Shown one piece after another: positions 47,127 to 57,357 of a stretch of 64,000 nucleotides of DNA. A program made the position numbers and the translations under genes. Source of the DNA: an uncultured delta proteobacterium (GTDB lineage Bacteria > Desulfobacterota > Binatia > Binatales > Binataceae); NCBI GenBank assembly GCA_963808235.1, contig CAWEEQ010000004.1, positions 1,184,001 to 1,248,000 on the forward strand, written 5' to 3'. The notes below the pieces were generated by a model. The model did no database searches. It was not told the DNA's origin and saw only the letters and a program-made list of their open reading frames with translations. Numbering within the stretch: position 1 is the first letter of the stretch; each line of letters opens with the position of its first letter.

Positions 47127-48710
47127 ATGCCCAAGCTCACCATTGACGGCAAGGAAGTTGAGGCTGGCGCGAACCTGAATCTGATCCAGGCGGCCGAGCT
47201 GGTCGACGTCGAGATTCCGCACTACTGCTTTCATCCCGGGCTCACGGTCCCCGGCAACTGCCGGATGTGCCTGGTCGAAGTGGAGAAGGCGCCCAAGCTT
47301 CAAATCGCGTGCAACACGCGGGTTGCCGAGGGGATGGTCGTGCAAACGAAGAGCGCCAAGGCCATCGCCGCGCAAAAGGCGGTGCTCGAGTTCCTGCTGA
47401 TCAATCATCCGATCGATTGCCCGGTTTGCGACCAGGCCGGCGAATGCAAGCTGCAAGACTACTACATGGATTACGATCAGCAGCCGTCGCGCTTTCCGCT
47501 CTCCGAGAAGAATCACAAGGGCAAGGCGATCGATATCGGCTCCGACGTGATGCTCGATCAGGAACGATGCATCCTCTGTGCGCGATGCACGAGGTTCTTC
47601 GACGAGATTACCAAGACCAGCGAGCTCGCGATTTTCGAGCGCGCCGACCACAACCGCATCGATATCAACCCGGGCCATCCGGTGAACAACAAGTACGCGG
47701 GCAACGTCGTGGACATTTGCCCGGTTGGCGCGCTGACGGAAAAGGAATTCCGCTTTCGGATGCGCGTCTGGTACCTGCATCGCACCGCGTCGGTGTGCGG
47801 CGAATGCGAGCGCGGATGCTCGATCGATATCTATCATCAGCGCGGGCGCATCTATCGCTTCAAACCGCGCTTCAATCCCAACGTCAACAGCTACTGGATG
47901 TGCGACGAGGGACGGCACAGCTTCCCCGCGCTGCAGAGCGAGCGGCGCCTGACCTCGCCGCTGGTGCAGGCAAAGGACGAGCTGGTCATCGAAAACTGGG
48001 ACGACGCGGTGAAGCGTGCGGCGTTGACGATTGCCGAACTCAAGCGCAAGCACGGACCGAAATCGATTGGCGCGGTGATCGACGCGCACTCGACCAACGA
48101 AGAAGCGTTCGCGCTGAAACAGTTGATGAAGTCGGCGATCGGATCGGATCGAATCGCGACGCTCAGCTACTCGCCGCCGCGCGCCAGCGGCGATGACGAG
48201 CTGCTGATTCGCGCCAACAAGAATCCCAACACGCGCGGACTTGCGGCGCTCGGGTTGTCGGCGGACGGAATCGATTCGATGGCCGGCGCAGTCGCGTCGG
48301 GCGAACTCAAGATGCTCATCACGATGCGCGCGGATGTTGTCGCGGCGCTCGGCGAAGAGGAGTTCGTCAAGCGCTTCGGCGCGCTCGACTACATGCTGGT
48401 GCTTTCGACCGACGCGAACGAGACCTGCCAGATGGCGAACCAGGTGTGGCCGATTGCGGCCTATCCCGAGATCACCGGCACCTTCACCAACTTCAAGGGC
48501 CGCGTGCAGCGAATCAACGGAGCGTTCCCGCCGCCCGGAAACGCAATCGAAGCGCTCGACGCGCTCGCGCGCCTGGGCCACGCGCTGGACGGCGTCGAGC
48601 GCCCCAAAGCGCCGGAAGCGGTGTTCGCGGAGTTGGCGCAATCAGAGCCTGCCTTCAAAGGCCTCACCCTCGACGGCATCGGCGCGTTCGGCGCCGACCT
48701 CGCGACGTAG
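47127..48710 (+). CDS. nuoG: NADH-quinone oxidoreductase subunit G, short form (527 aa)
   Basis: PHYC...GNCRMC...ACN, NHPIDCPVCDQAGEC, CILCARC...ICPVGAL, CGECERGC...MCDEGR. Confidence 0.92.
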   Translation: MPKLTIDGKEVEAGANLNLIQAAELVDVEIPHYCFHPGLTVPGNCRMCLVEVEKAPKLQIACNTRVAEGMVVQTKSAKAIAAQKAVLEFLLINHPIDCPVCDQAGECKLQDYYMDYDQQPSRFPLSEKNHKGKAIDIGSDVMLDQERCILCARCTRFFDEITKTSELAIFERADHNRIDINPGHPVNNKYAGNVVDICPVGALTEKEFRFRMRVWYLHRTASVCGECERGCSIDIYHQRGRIYRFKPRFNPNVNSYWMCDEGRHSFPALQSERRLTSPLVQAKDELVIENWDDAVKRAALTIAELKRKHGPKSIGAVIDAHSTNEEAFALKQLMKSAIGSDRIATLSYSPPRASGDDELLIRANKNPNTRGLAALGLSADGIDSMAGAVASGELKMLITMRADVVAALGEEEFVKRFGALDYMLVLSTDANETCQMANQVWPIAAYPEITGTFTNFKGRVQRINGAFPPPGNAIEALDALARLGHALDGVERPKAPEAVFAELAQSEPAFKGLTLDGIGAFGADLAT

Positions 48711-48835
48711 TCCCGAAACGGTCGTTTTTGGGTCGAAATTGGGCTGCCGTCGCTTGCCAACGCGATAAAACGGGCGAATTCTCTTGATTTTTGGCTTGCC
48801 ACTTCGCGATGGTTAGCGAGTGGTGACTGGCGGCC

Positions 48836-49003
48836 TCGGTCGCTGTTTCGCCGGCATTTCCCTTTTTCCTGGCCTTGGACAACGTCGGTCTCCCACACCC
48901 TCTTCCTCTCTCACTTCTCCACTATTGACTCGGTCATACAAGGACGACGGGTCGAGGGATAAAAACAAGAGAAAGGAAATCACGAACCACAGAAACCGAC
49001 CGA
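48836..49003. ncRNA. candidate structured non-coding RNA (long imperfect hairpin with C/U-rich loop)
   Basis: Nested pairings TCGGTCG/CGACCGA, GTTTC/GAAAC, ATTTCC/GGAAAT, CGTCG/CGACG around a pyrimidine tract; no credible ORF. Folded by eye only. Confidence 0.35.
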
Positions 49004-49024
49004 AACGTCTTGGAGATCGGGCGC

Positions 49025-49822
49025 TCAGCCGGCGTGGCAGTTGAAGCGGAAGGTTGATTTGCCGGAGCGGAGTTGGGCGATTCGGGTTTTTATTTTTGGC
49101 GTGATCGGCAGGTCGGGGAATGCATTGACGAAAGTCTGTAATCCGGCTGCTGTTTTCTTTGCGTCTTCGCACGAGCAGATTCCTGAGCGCAGTTCCGTCT
49201 CGATACTGTCGATCTCGCCCTGCGCTTCGGGCGCGTAGTCGTCTGGATATGTGGTTCGGAAGGTGAGCCATCGGCGATAGAGATCGGTCAGCAGCTTTCC
49301 ATCGAACAGCGTGCATCCCGCCTCGTCGGTATGCTGCCGGATGTAGACGGGGAACTCTCCGTTGGCGTCGGGCTCGGTACGTTCATAGGCATCGAAAAAC
49401 GCGCGATCCGCCTTGGTGCCGCTCTTGCGCGCGAGAGCCTTGAAATACGCGACGCTCGGTCGAACGAAGATCGCCTCGTGCCGCGCGACCACGAATCCCT
49501 GCATCTGATGTTGTACATTCTGAAACTGCGCTTCGGTGAGATCGGGCAGCACGGCTTGAATTGACGGCGAGGCCTGCATCCCGGCCTCAAAGACCGGCTC
49601 GATAGGTTGCTTACCGTTGGACTTGAGCAGGTCGTCGAGGGCTTGCGCGTAGCTGGCGACAGCCGGCGGGATTTCGATGGCGGCATAGGCCGGCGCCGGC
49701 GCGAGCGAACCGAATGCCGCCATGATCGCGAAGCATGCAAAGATGATTGCGCAGGACGCCGCATCCCGGAAGCATCGGATCGTGCTGGCGGCAGTTGAGC
49801 GCTGGATCAGTTCGATTGCCAT
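49025..49822 (-). CDS. secreted hypothetical protein
   Basis: Hydrophobic signal-like stretch ending APAYA, helical mature domain with several cysteines. Start uncertain. Confidence 0.7.
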   Translation of the reverse strand: MAIELIQRSTAASTIRCFRDAASCAIIFACFAIMAAFGSLAPAPAYAAIEIPPAVASYAQALDDLLKSNGKQPIEPVFEAGMQASPSIQAVLPDLTEAQFQNVQHQMQGFVVARHEAIFVRPSVAYFKALARKSGTKADRAFFDAYERTEPDANGEFPVYIRQHTDEAGCTLFDGKLLTDLYRRWLTFRTTYPDDYAPEAQGEIDSIETELRSGICSCEDAKKTAAGLQTFVNAFPDLPITPKIKTRIAQLRSGKSTFRFNCHAG

Positions 49823-49973
49823 CGGCAAGGACCGCTTCACGACTTCAAAACCGGTGCCGGCTTCGCTGGCGCGAAGCTGTCCGGAAGCCAGAAGCCAGCT
49901 CCCGCGCGCGTCGCGCACTTCGGTCAGGAGCGACCCGTCGCGCGCCAGTATAGAACCGCGCCGAGCGCGACGG

Positions 49974-50288
49974 CTAGTCGTCGGAGGGTTGAAACACTAC
50001 TTCGACGTGATCGATGTAGTTGAGCAACTGGCGCGCGATGGTGGCGGCCGCGCTGTCGTCGCGGGTAGCCGCCGCTACTTCGAGCGAGCGTCCGAGCTCG
50101 GTCATGTTGTCGAATCCGTAGCTTCCGCCTTCACCCTTGATCCGATGCGCGATGCGCCCGATTTGTGCGAAGTCGTGCTGCGTAATCGCCTCGAGAATCG
50201 CGTTTATGTCCGCGCGCTTGCGCATGAGAAACCCTGGAATCAGGTCGCTGAGACTTTCATCCACTGACACTATTACTCGGTCCTGCAT
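49974..50288 (-). CDS. Hpt phosphotransfer protein
   Basis: IAHRIKGEGGSYGF Hpt motif; overlaps the hybrid kinase stop. Confidence 0.9.
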   Translation of the reverse strand: MQDRVIVSVDESLSDLIPGFLMRKRADINAILEAITQHDFAQIGRIAHRIKGEGGSYGFDNMTELGRSLEVAAATRDDSAAATIARQLLNYIDHVEVVFQPSDD

Positions 50289-53200
50289 ATTTCCTCCTTG
50301 AGATCGATAAGGTTGGCGGCTGCGTCATCCGAAGGGTTTTCTGTCACCGCGTCGCGAATGGCTTTGAGCAGCGTCGATTTCTTGACCGGCTTGGTCACGT
50401 GCGCGTCGCATCCGGCCGCCGTGGTGCGATCCGCCGCGTCTTCCAACGCCGACGCAGTCAGCGCGACGACGGGTGTTCGGCGGCGGCCATGGTCGCGCTC
50501 CCATCCGCGAATTGCCCTGGTGGCTTCGTAGCCATCGACGATCGGCATCTGGATATCCATCAGGACCAGGTCGAACCGGTCGGCAATAAATTTGTCGATC
50601 GCCTGCTGGCCGTTTTCGGCATTTTCGAGACGGTAGGGCGTCTTCTTCAGATACGCCTCGATCAGAGCGCGGTTGTCGTGCGAATCGTCGACGATGAGGA
50701 TGTGCAGAGGCCGATCGAGTGCGGTCGAAGGGTCTGGCAACGGCGCAATCGCGTTCGACGCGAGCGTTTCGACCTGCGGTCCGACCGGCATTTTCGCGTG
50801 GGCTTGCGCGACCGCCCGAATCAAATCAGCGTGCCGCACGGGCTTGACGATATAGTTGTCGACACCGATTCCACGCAGGCGGACGAGTTTGCTACTCAAA
50901 TCGTCGGTCCCAAGCATCATAACGATCTGCGGCCGCGCGGGCGCACTCATGATCTGTTTGGCGAGATCGAAGCCGCTCATCACTGGCATCCGGCTGTCGA
51001 GGACTATGATCTCGAAACGCGACTCCCGGCGATCGGCGCGGCGAAGCTCGTCCAGCGCCTGAGTCGCCGATGAGGCCTGAGTGACATTGGCGCCTTGCGC
51101 CGAGAGCAGGCCGGCGACAATCGCGCGATTGTCCGAGTTGTCATCGACGAGCAGGATTTCGACGCCTGTAAACGCCTGATCTTGCGAGTGCGATGACGCC
51201 GGCCTGCTGCAGGAAGTCCCGAACTGTGCAGTGAATGAGAAGCTGCTTCCTTTTCCGGGTTCGCTCGCCACCTCGACCCTGCCATTCATCAACGCGACCA
51301 GTCTCGAGACGATCGCCAGACCGAGCCCGCTGCCGCCGTATTTGCGCGAGGTCGAAGAGTCGGCCTGTGTGAACGCATTGAACAGCAAGTGGATCTTGCC
51401 GGCTGGAATTCCGATTCCGGTATCGGTCACCGTGAACTTAAGTCCGTTTGCCGCGGCGGAGCCCGGGTCGGGCCCGACCGTGACCAGCACCTGTCCTTGC
51501 TCGGTGAACTTGATCGCGTTGCCAACCAGGTTGATTAAAATCTGGCCGAGCCTCAGCGGATCACCGATCGCGAGGTCGGGGACGCCGGGTGCGAATCTCG
51601 CCATCAGCTCAATTCCCTTTTCGTGCGCGCGTATCGCAAGGGTCTCGAGGACCTTGTCGGTCACCTCTCTCGGATCGAAGTCGACGGCTTCGAGGCTGAG
51701 ACGCCCGCTCTCGACTTTGGCCAGGTCGAGGATGCCGTTGATTAGTTCGAGCAGAGCGTTGCCGTTGCTCACCACGGTATTCACGTAGCGGCGCTGCTCG
51801 TCTTCAAGCTCGGTCTCGGCCAGCAGATCGGCCATCCCGAGGATTGCGTTCATCGGGGTGCGAATCTCGTGCGACATGCTCGACAGGAACTCGGACTTGG
51901 CTCGCGAGGCCGCCAGCGCCGCCTCGCGCGCGGCGACCAGTTCGCGCTGGGTCATCTTGATATCCGCGATATCGCGCGAGACGGTCAGACAGCATTGCTC
52001 ACCGTCGAGTTCCAGGTAGGACGCGGAAATCAGAGTCGGATGCTCGGAGCCGTCTTTATTGCGGAAGGCCACTTCAACGTTGCGAACCTGGTTGTCCAGA
52101 TTCATGCCGCTGGAGAAGGCGATCATTTCGTCGGGATGGATCCACTGGTTGAGCTCGGAAAAGTGGTGGCCAATAGCCTCCTGGCGCGAGAACCCCGTCG
52201 ATTGGACGAACGCCCGGTTGACGTTGGTAAATTTCCCGTCGGGTCCGGTCAGCGTCATGCTGTCCAGGTTGGCGTCGAAGAGTTTGCGGAAAGTCTCCTC
52301 GCTGGCGCTGAGCGCCTTTACGTGACGCGACATTTCCTCGCGGGCCGAAAGCAGGTCTCGCTCGGTCCGCTTTATTGCGGTGATATCGCGAATGTAAGAG
52401 ACGACGCATGGCTCGCTTCCGAGGTTGATCATCGATGCTGAGATCAGGGTCGGAACGCGTGTGCGGTCGCTGGTCTGAAACTCGATCTCGAGGTTGCGCA
52501 CGGTTTCGTCGCGCGCGAGCGCGGTAGCGAGGCGAAAGCGGTCCGCCGGATCGGTAAACACCTCGAGTTCCACGGCCGAGGAACTCATGGTCCGTTCCCG
52601 CGTATAGCCGGTCAGGTGGAGAAACTCGTCGTTGCACGCAACGAATTTACCGTCTGATACACGGCTGACGGAGATCGCGTCCGGACTTACGTCAAAAATA
52701 TCGCGCACCGCCTGGGCGCTCTCTTCGAGCTTGCGCGAGGCTTCCCTCGCCGCGGTGAGATCGCGAATCATCGTGACCACGCAGTCTTCGCCGTCGAGAT
52801 CGACTCTGACCGCCGACAGAATCGTCGGGATGGTGCGTCCGTCGGGGGTCAGGAACTCGACTTCGACGTTGCGCACCACGCCCACGGCCAGTACCTGCTT
52901 GCGAAGCGTCTCTTGCTGTTTGATGTTCTTGAAAAATCTCTGCAGCTCGGTGCGCGAGTCGTTGATTTCCTGCGGCGTGTAGCCGCTCATGCCGAATTGC
53001 TGATTGAAGTCGATATAGGCGTTGTCCGAGACGCGGCGCACGACGATAGTGTCGAGCGTCGCGTGGAGAATCTTGCGCAGAGCGACGTGACTGGCGCGAA
53101 GCCTGGTCTCGGTGCGTTTTATCTCCGTGATGTCCCGGGTCATCGAAATCACGCACGCCTCGCCGTTCACTTCGGCCACCGACGCTGAGATCAGATAGAT

Positions 53201-54256
53201 CTCGACGGTGCCGTCCCGGCGCCGCTGCGTGATCTCCATGTTCTTGACCCGGCCGGTTTTCTGGATGCTCTCGAGGAAGCGGGTCAGGTCCCCTTCATTC
53301 GCCCACATCCCGAGTGCGATCACGTTGCTCGCAAGAACGTCTTCCCGGGTATATCCGGCGACCTCGTATGCATCGTTGACGGCGATAAAACGTCCGTCGA
53401 CAAGGCTGTTGACAGCAATATTGTCCGGCGACGCTTCGAATACCTTGCGCAGCATCGATTCGCTTTGCTGCCAGCGGCTATGCTCGAGCTCGCGAGCCTG
53501 CGCTGACTGTTCGCGCAGCTCCATCGCGCAGGTCAGCAGCCGATGGTTCTCCGAGAGCGCCGCCATCTGCTCGTCGAGTCTCTTTCGATAGCGGCTGCTA
53601 TGAACGCTGCTCAGCTCGGACAACAGCGCCGCGCCCAACACCAGCATCCAGGAGACCGCGAGCTTCGAGTTCGAGTCGGCGGACTGGATCGAGTACCCCG
53701 TCCAGGCCAACACCCCGGCCGCCTCGAGCGCCGCCTGCCAGCGCGGACTCCATGGAATCAGCGCGCCCGCGCCGAAGAATAACAAGACGATTGATCCGAC
53801 CAACTCATGCCGCTCGCCGTCGATAATTCCGATCCACACGGTGCACGCCAGAATCGACGAACAGCCCACCAGCGTGATGGCGCGCCAGTTGCGCATTGCC
53901 TGTCCGGACAACGTCAGCAAGAACGCAATCAAGGCCAGCGTCATGCTTGCGATATGCAGCGGTAGTGTTCTCGCGAAGGCTTGTGGATATTCCCCGCCGT
54001 CGAGCGCCATGTATCCGATCTGAAATGCGATTATCGCGAACGCCGCCGCGCGAAGTATCGGCGCCACCCATAGCGATTCGTCGCCTGCGCTTGCCCTCTC
54101 GATCGCTCGATCAGATGCACCCGCCGTCTCAGACGCGCTGCCGTTGGCTATGGAAGCCGAGATGCCATCCGCAAGCGCAGCAGTGCCGTTCAATGCGCTC
54201 CATGCGTCAGCGCTTCGGACTTCTTTTGCCGCAGACGGATCGATCCGGGAGTCCAC
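50273..54256 (-). CDS. membrane hybrid sensor kinase (TM-4xPAS-HisKA-HATPase-2xREC)
   Basis: Four PAS-like repeats each ending RD[IL], SMSHEIRTPMN H-box, NLVGNAIKFT, DTGIG, GGSGLGL, two receiver domains. Confidence 0.95.
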   Translation of the reverse strand: MDSRIDPSAAKEVRSADAWSALNGTAALADGISASIANGSASETAGASDRAIERASAGDESLWVAPILRAAAFAIIAFQIGYMALDGGEYPQAFARTLPLHIASMTLALIAFLLTLSGQAMRNWRAITLVGCSSILACTVWIGIIDGERHELVGSIVLLFFGAGALIPWSPRWQAALEAAGVLAWTGYSIQSADSNSKLAVSWMLVLGAALLSELSSVHSSRYRKRLDEQMAALSENHRLLTCAMELREQSAQARELEHSRWQQSESMLRKVFEASPDNIAVNSLVDGRFIAVNDAYEVAGYTREDVLASNVIALGMWANEGDLTRFLESIQKTGRVKNMEITQRRRDGTVEIYLISASVAEVNGEACVISMTRDITEIKRTETRLRASHVALRKILHATLDTIVVRRVSDNAYIDFNQQFGMSGYTPQEINDSRTELQRFFKNIKQQETLRKQVLAVGVVRNVEVEFLTPDGRTIPTILSAVRVDLDGEDCVVTMIRDLTAAREASRKLEESAQAVRDIFDVSPDAISVSRVSDGKFVACNDEFLHLTGYTRERTMSSSAVELEVFTDPADRFRLATALARDETVRNLEIEFQTSDRTRVPTLISASMINLGSEPCVVSYIRDITAIKRTERDLLSAREEMSRHVKALSASEETFRKLFDANLDSMTLTGPDGKFTNVNRAFVQSTGFSRQEAIGHHFSELNQWIHPDEMIAFSSGMNLDNQVRNVEVAFRNKDGSEHPTLISASYLELDGEQCCLTVSRDIADIKMTQRELVAAREAALAASRAKSEFLSSMSHEIRTPMNAILGMADLLAETELEDEQRRYVNTVVSNGNALLELINGILDLAKVESGRLSLEAVDFDPREVTDKVLETLAIRAHEKGIELMARFAPGVPDLAIGDPLRLGQILINLVGNAIKFTEQGQVLVTVGPDPGSAAANGLKFTVTDTGIGIPAGKIHLLFNAFTQADSSTSRKYGGSGLGLAIVSRLVALMNGRVEVASEPGKGSSFSFTAQFGTSCSRPASSHSQDQAFTGVEILLVDDNSDNRAIVAGLLSAQGANVTQASSATQALDELRRADRRESRFEIIVLDSRMPVMSGFDLAKQIMSAPARPQIVMMLGTDDLSSKLVRLRGIGVDNYIVKPVRHADLIRAVAQAHAKMPVGPQVETLASNAIAPLPDPSTALDRPLHILIVDDSHDNRALIEAYLKKTPYRLENAENGQQAIDKFIADRFDLVLMDIQMPIVDGYEATRAIRGWERDHGRRRTPVVALTASALEDAADRTTAAGCDAHVTKPVKKSTLLKAIRDAVTENPSDDAAANLIDLKEEICRTE

Positions 54257-54264
54257 ACATCAAT

Positions 54265-54280
54265 AGCAAGTAGAGTGCCC
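54265..54280 (-). promoter_or_regulatory. possible sigma54 -24/-12 promoter
   Basis: Minus strand GGGCACTCTACTTGCT has GG-N10-GC spacing; the implied start site falls at the annotated GTG, so uncertain. Confidence 0.3.
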
Positions 54281-54378
54281 TATCAAGAGCGCAAAACGAC
54301 TTGCTACTGCGACCTGGTTGGAGCTTCAGTAGCCACGTTTCCGCGCGTTCGCAGCGAGTGTCCCAGAATGCGGCGAAT

Positions 54379-55537
54379 TCAGTCGCTGAGCGCCATTTCG
54401 AAATCTTCGATCAGGTCGTCACTCGATTCGAGGCCTATCGACAGCCGGATCAAGCCGTCGGCTATTCCCGCGCGAGCGCGCTGTTCCGCCGACATTCCCA
54501 AATGCGACGTGGTCGCCGGCCGCGTGATCAGCGTCTCGACTCCGCCCAGGCTCGGCGCGCTTGATAGGAATCGTCACCCGTTCGACAAAGCGCCGCGCCG
54601 CATCGAGCCCGCCTTCGAGTTCGAAACTCAGCATGCCGCCAAAGCCGTCGAACAGTTCACACGCGCGCAGATGATTCGAATGACTTTCCAGGCCCGGATA
54701 ATTCACCTGGCTGACTGCGCGATGCTGTTCGAGCCAACGCGCAATCTTGAGCGCACTTTCATTCTGATGACGGACCCGAACCGCGAGCGTCTTCATCCCG
54801 CGATGCAACAAAAAGCACGCGTGGGGATCGAGAATCCCGCCCAGATGGTTCAACGTATGCGTGATACGCTCGATCAGCTCCGCACGCCCGATCACGGCGC
54901 CCGCCACGATATCGGTATGCCCGTTGAGATACTTGGTCCCGCTATGCAGCGACAAGTCGAAGCCGATTTCCGCGGGCCGGAAATTAATCGGACTGGCAAA
55001 GGTATTGTCGATGATCGAAACCAGGCCGTTCTCGGCGGCGAAGTCGACCGCGGCCTTGAGATCGCTGACTTGCAGCAGCGGATTCGACATCGCCTCGACG
55101 TAAATCGCTTTCGTGCTCGGGCGAATCGCTTCGCGCCAGGTCGCCGGTTCGTCGCCGTCGATAAAATCCACCGCCATCCCGTAGCGCGGAAATTCCTCCG
55201 TGAACAAGTCGTGCGTGCCGCCATAGACGCACTCCTGCGCGAGCAGATGCCCGCCGCGGGCGAGCACCGTGAACAGCGCCGCGGATATCGCAGCCATCCC
55301 GCTGCCCGCAACCAGCGCCGCTTCCGCATTTTCCAGCGCCGCCAGCTTGGCGTGAATCACCGCATGATTGGGCGTGTTGCTGAGCCGGATATAGCGCAGG
55401 TCGTGGTAGCTGGTCTGACCCGCGTACTCGAAAGTGGAGGATTGAAAAATCGGCATCGACACCGCGCCGCCAATCAGCGGCTCCGGTTCGCCTGCGTGTA
55501 TCAGCTTGGTTTCGAGTCCCTTGATCAGTCGCGCCAT
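54379..55537 (-). CDS. PLP-dependent cystathionine gamma-synthase/gamma-lyase family enzyme (1-nt frameshift near 54561)
   Basis: PIFQSSTF, SGMAAIS, YGGT, IDNTFASP, HSGTKYLNGH; tail SLGGVETL...LIRLSIGLE...ALSD* is in the shifted frame. Confidence 0.9.
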
Positions 55538-55618
55538 CGGATCGCTTCACACCTCCACTTGGGGCGAAGGTTTAGCATTGCGCGCATCCGGTTTCATCTT
55601 AAGTGCGGGACTGCGAAC

Positions 55619-57235
55619 TCAAGGAAAATACGTGTCGGCCAGGTTACCGACGTGCGCCTCGAGGGGCATCGCGGTACGCGCGAAGAGTGCCGCGGTCCCG
55701 TCGCTATACACCAAATGCCAGCGTGGGTCCTGGCTCACGACATTGTAGCTCCTGGTGTCGGGGCCGATAAGCACTAAATCATGCGGATAGGCGTCGAGCA
55801 GAGTCTGCGCGCCGTCCAGCCCATAGAAGAAGATTGCGTACTGACGCAGCACTCTATCGGGATAGACCAGCTCGGTCCGTCCGTCGACAAAGACCCGGCT
55901 CTGATCGCCGACGTGCCAGATCAGATACTCGCCCCATTCGAACCGGTTCAGGATGTTGCCGTGAAGACCATGGCGTTTCATGAATGCGACCGCACCGGTT
56001 GGCATCTGCTCCTGGGTTTTGAGGTGATTGGAGAAAGTACCGCCGACCAGCGCCGCCGCTAAAGCCAAAATCGCCAGCAGCGCCGCCGGGAGTTCACGGT
56101 CGCCCATCGGCGCGTCGACAGGTCCGAAACGGTCGCCGGCCTTTCGCGCAGTCGTGGACTCGAATGCCAAAGTTGCATGGCGCGCGAGCGGAATCGCAAG
56201 AGCAATCACCGCCAGCGCTACGTTGCGCGCGGCGTAGATGGCGCCGCCGATGAAAACTATCGCGACTGCCACTAAGGCCGCGTCCGCGAGGTCGGGAGCG
56301 ATCGCAATTGCCACGATGAAGCCGGCGAACAGCAGCAGCGGGGCGACATCCTGAAGCTCATGCAGCTTGGATTCTCGCCACACGTAGAGCACCCTCGCCG
56401 GCAGCGGAACCCAGTCCGCGATTATCTTCCGAATCAGCGGATCGGAGACCGAATGCACCACGCTGGTCCACAAGCCAACTCCGAACGGATTGAGCAGCGT
56501 GGCGCCGGCGCATCCAAGCGTGACCAATGCGAGCCGGCGCGCCGAGGTCTTGCGGGCTGCGTCTCCACGACCCTGGATGAACAAAACCGCGACCGCGATG
56601 ACGAGCGCGCCGAGTCCGGCCGCGTAGCCACCGTGAAGATTTGCCCACAACGCGAAGATCGGAATCAGCGGCCACAAGGTTGCCTCGCCCCGATAAACCT
56701 CGACCGCGAGTAACGCCATCACGATGCTCAACATCATGAAGGTGAAGAGTTGAGGTCGAAATTGCATCTGAGTAGTGAGCGCAACGGCGGCAAGGATCAG
56801 AGTCAGCCTTTGGATCCGGCTGGCCGCGCCGGTGGCGGAAATACCGATCGCCAATGCGAGGATTGTGATCGTCGCGCACAGCAGTTTCAGGAGCTTGAGG
56901 CCGAATACTCCGAGATGCGCGTAGAAGAAGGCCAGTGCCACCTGCGCCAGCCACTCGTGATTGCGCCACGGCATGTTAGCCGCCGAGTAGGAGTAGGTAT
57001 CGTACAGCGGGATGTGGCCGGTGCGGATAATCCTGAGACCAGTCAGGATGTGCATCCACAGATCCGGGTCGGCGAAGTTGTCGGCGGTCGCAAGCGCGAT
57101 CGAAACGACAACCGTCCATCGCGATGCCGACAGTAGCGAATATCGTGGCAGTGTCCGTCCGGCCGAAGATTCCGTCGACGCCGGTGAATGTTCAAGCGCG
57201 TGCGCAGACGAATCAGTATCCACACTCTTGTGCAA
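55619..57235 (-). CDS. polytopic membrane protein, probable GT-C fold glycosyltransferase
   Basis: DPDLWMH...G, PWRNHEWL, RPQLF, LWANLHGG, LNPFG, WGEYLIW, VFVDGR pattern of a widespread uncharacterised membrane family. Confidence 0.7.
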   Translation of the reverse strand: MHKSVDTDSSAHALEHSPASTESSAGRTLPRYSLLSASRWTVVVSIALATADNFADPDLWMHILTGLRIIRTGHIPLYDTYSYSAANMPWRNHEWLAQVALAFFYAHLGVFGLKLLKLLCATITILALAIGISATGAASRIQRLTLILAAVALTTQMQFRPQLFTFMMLSIVMALLAVEVYRGEATLWPLIPIFALWANLHGGYAAGLGALVIAVAVLFIQGRGDAARKTSARRLALVTLGCAGATLLNPFGVGLWTSVVHSVSDPLIRKIIADWVPLPARVLYVWRESKLHELQDVAPLLLFAGFIVAIAIAPDLADAALVAVAIVFIGGAIYAARNVALAVIALAIPLARHATLAFESTTARKAGDRFGPVDAPMGDRELPAALLAILALAAALVGGTFSNHLKTQEQMPTGAVAFMKRHGLHGNILNRFEWGEYLIWHVGDQSRVFVDGRTELVYPDRVLRQYAIFFYGLDGAQTLLDAYPHDLVLIGPDTRSYNVVSQDPRWHLVYSDGTAALFARTAMPLEAHVGNLADTYFP

Positions 57236-57357
57236 TTCGATCTTGCCTCAGTTCCCGCAGTTTGACATCGAAAATGGTCGGAGGGCAGTACTACCAAGCC
57301 AACGTACTTTAACGATGTCTGCTCCTCCCGTAAGCTGATTGCGATGCAGGATCTGGC

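Noticed and set aside
48823-48832. GTGACTGGCG resembling the 5' part of a ZMP/ZTP riboswitch
   Set aside because: The downstream GGGGAGC and CGCCTGGGC elements are missing and no purine or folate gene follows.
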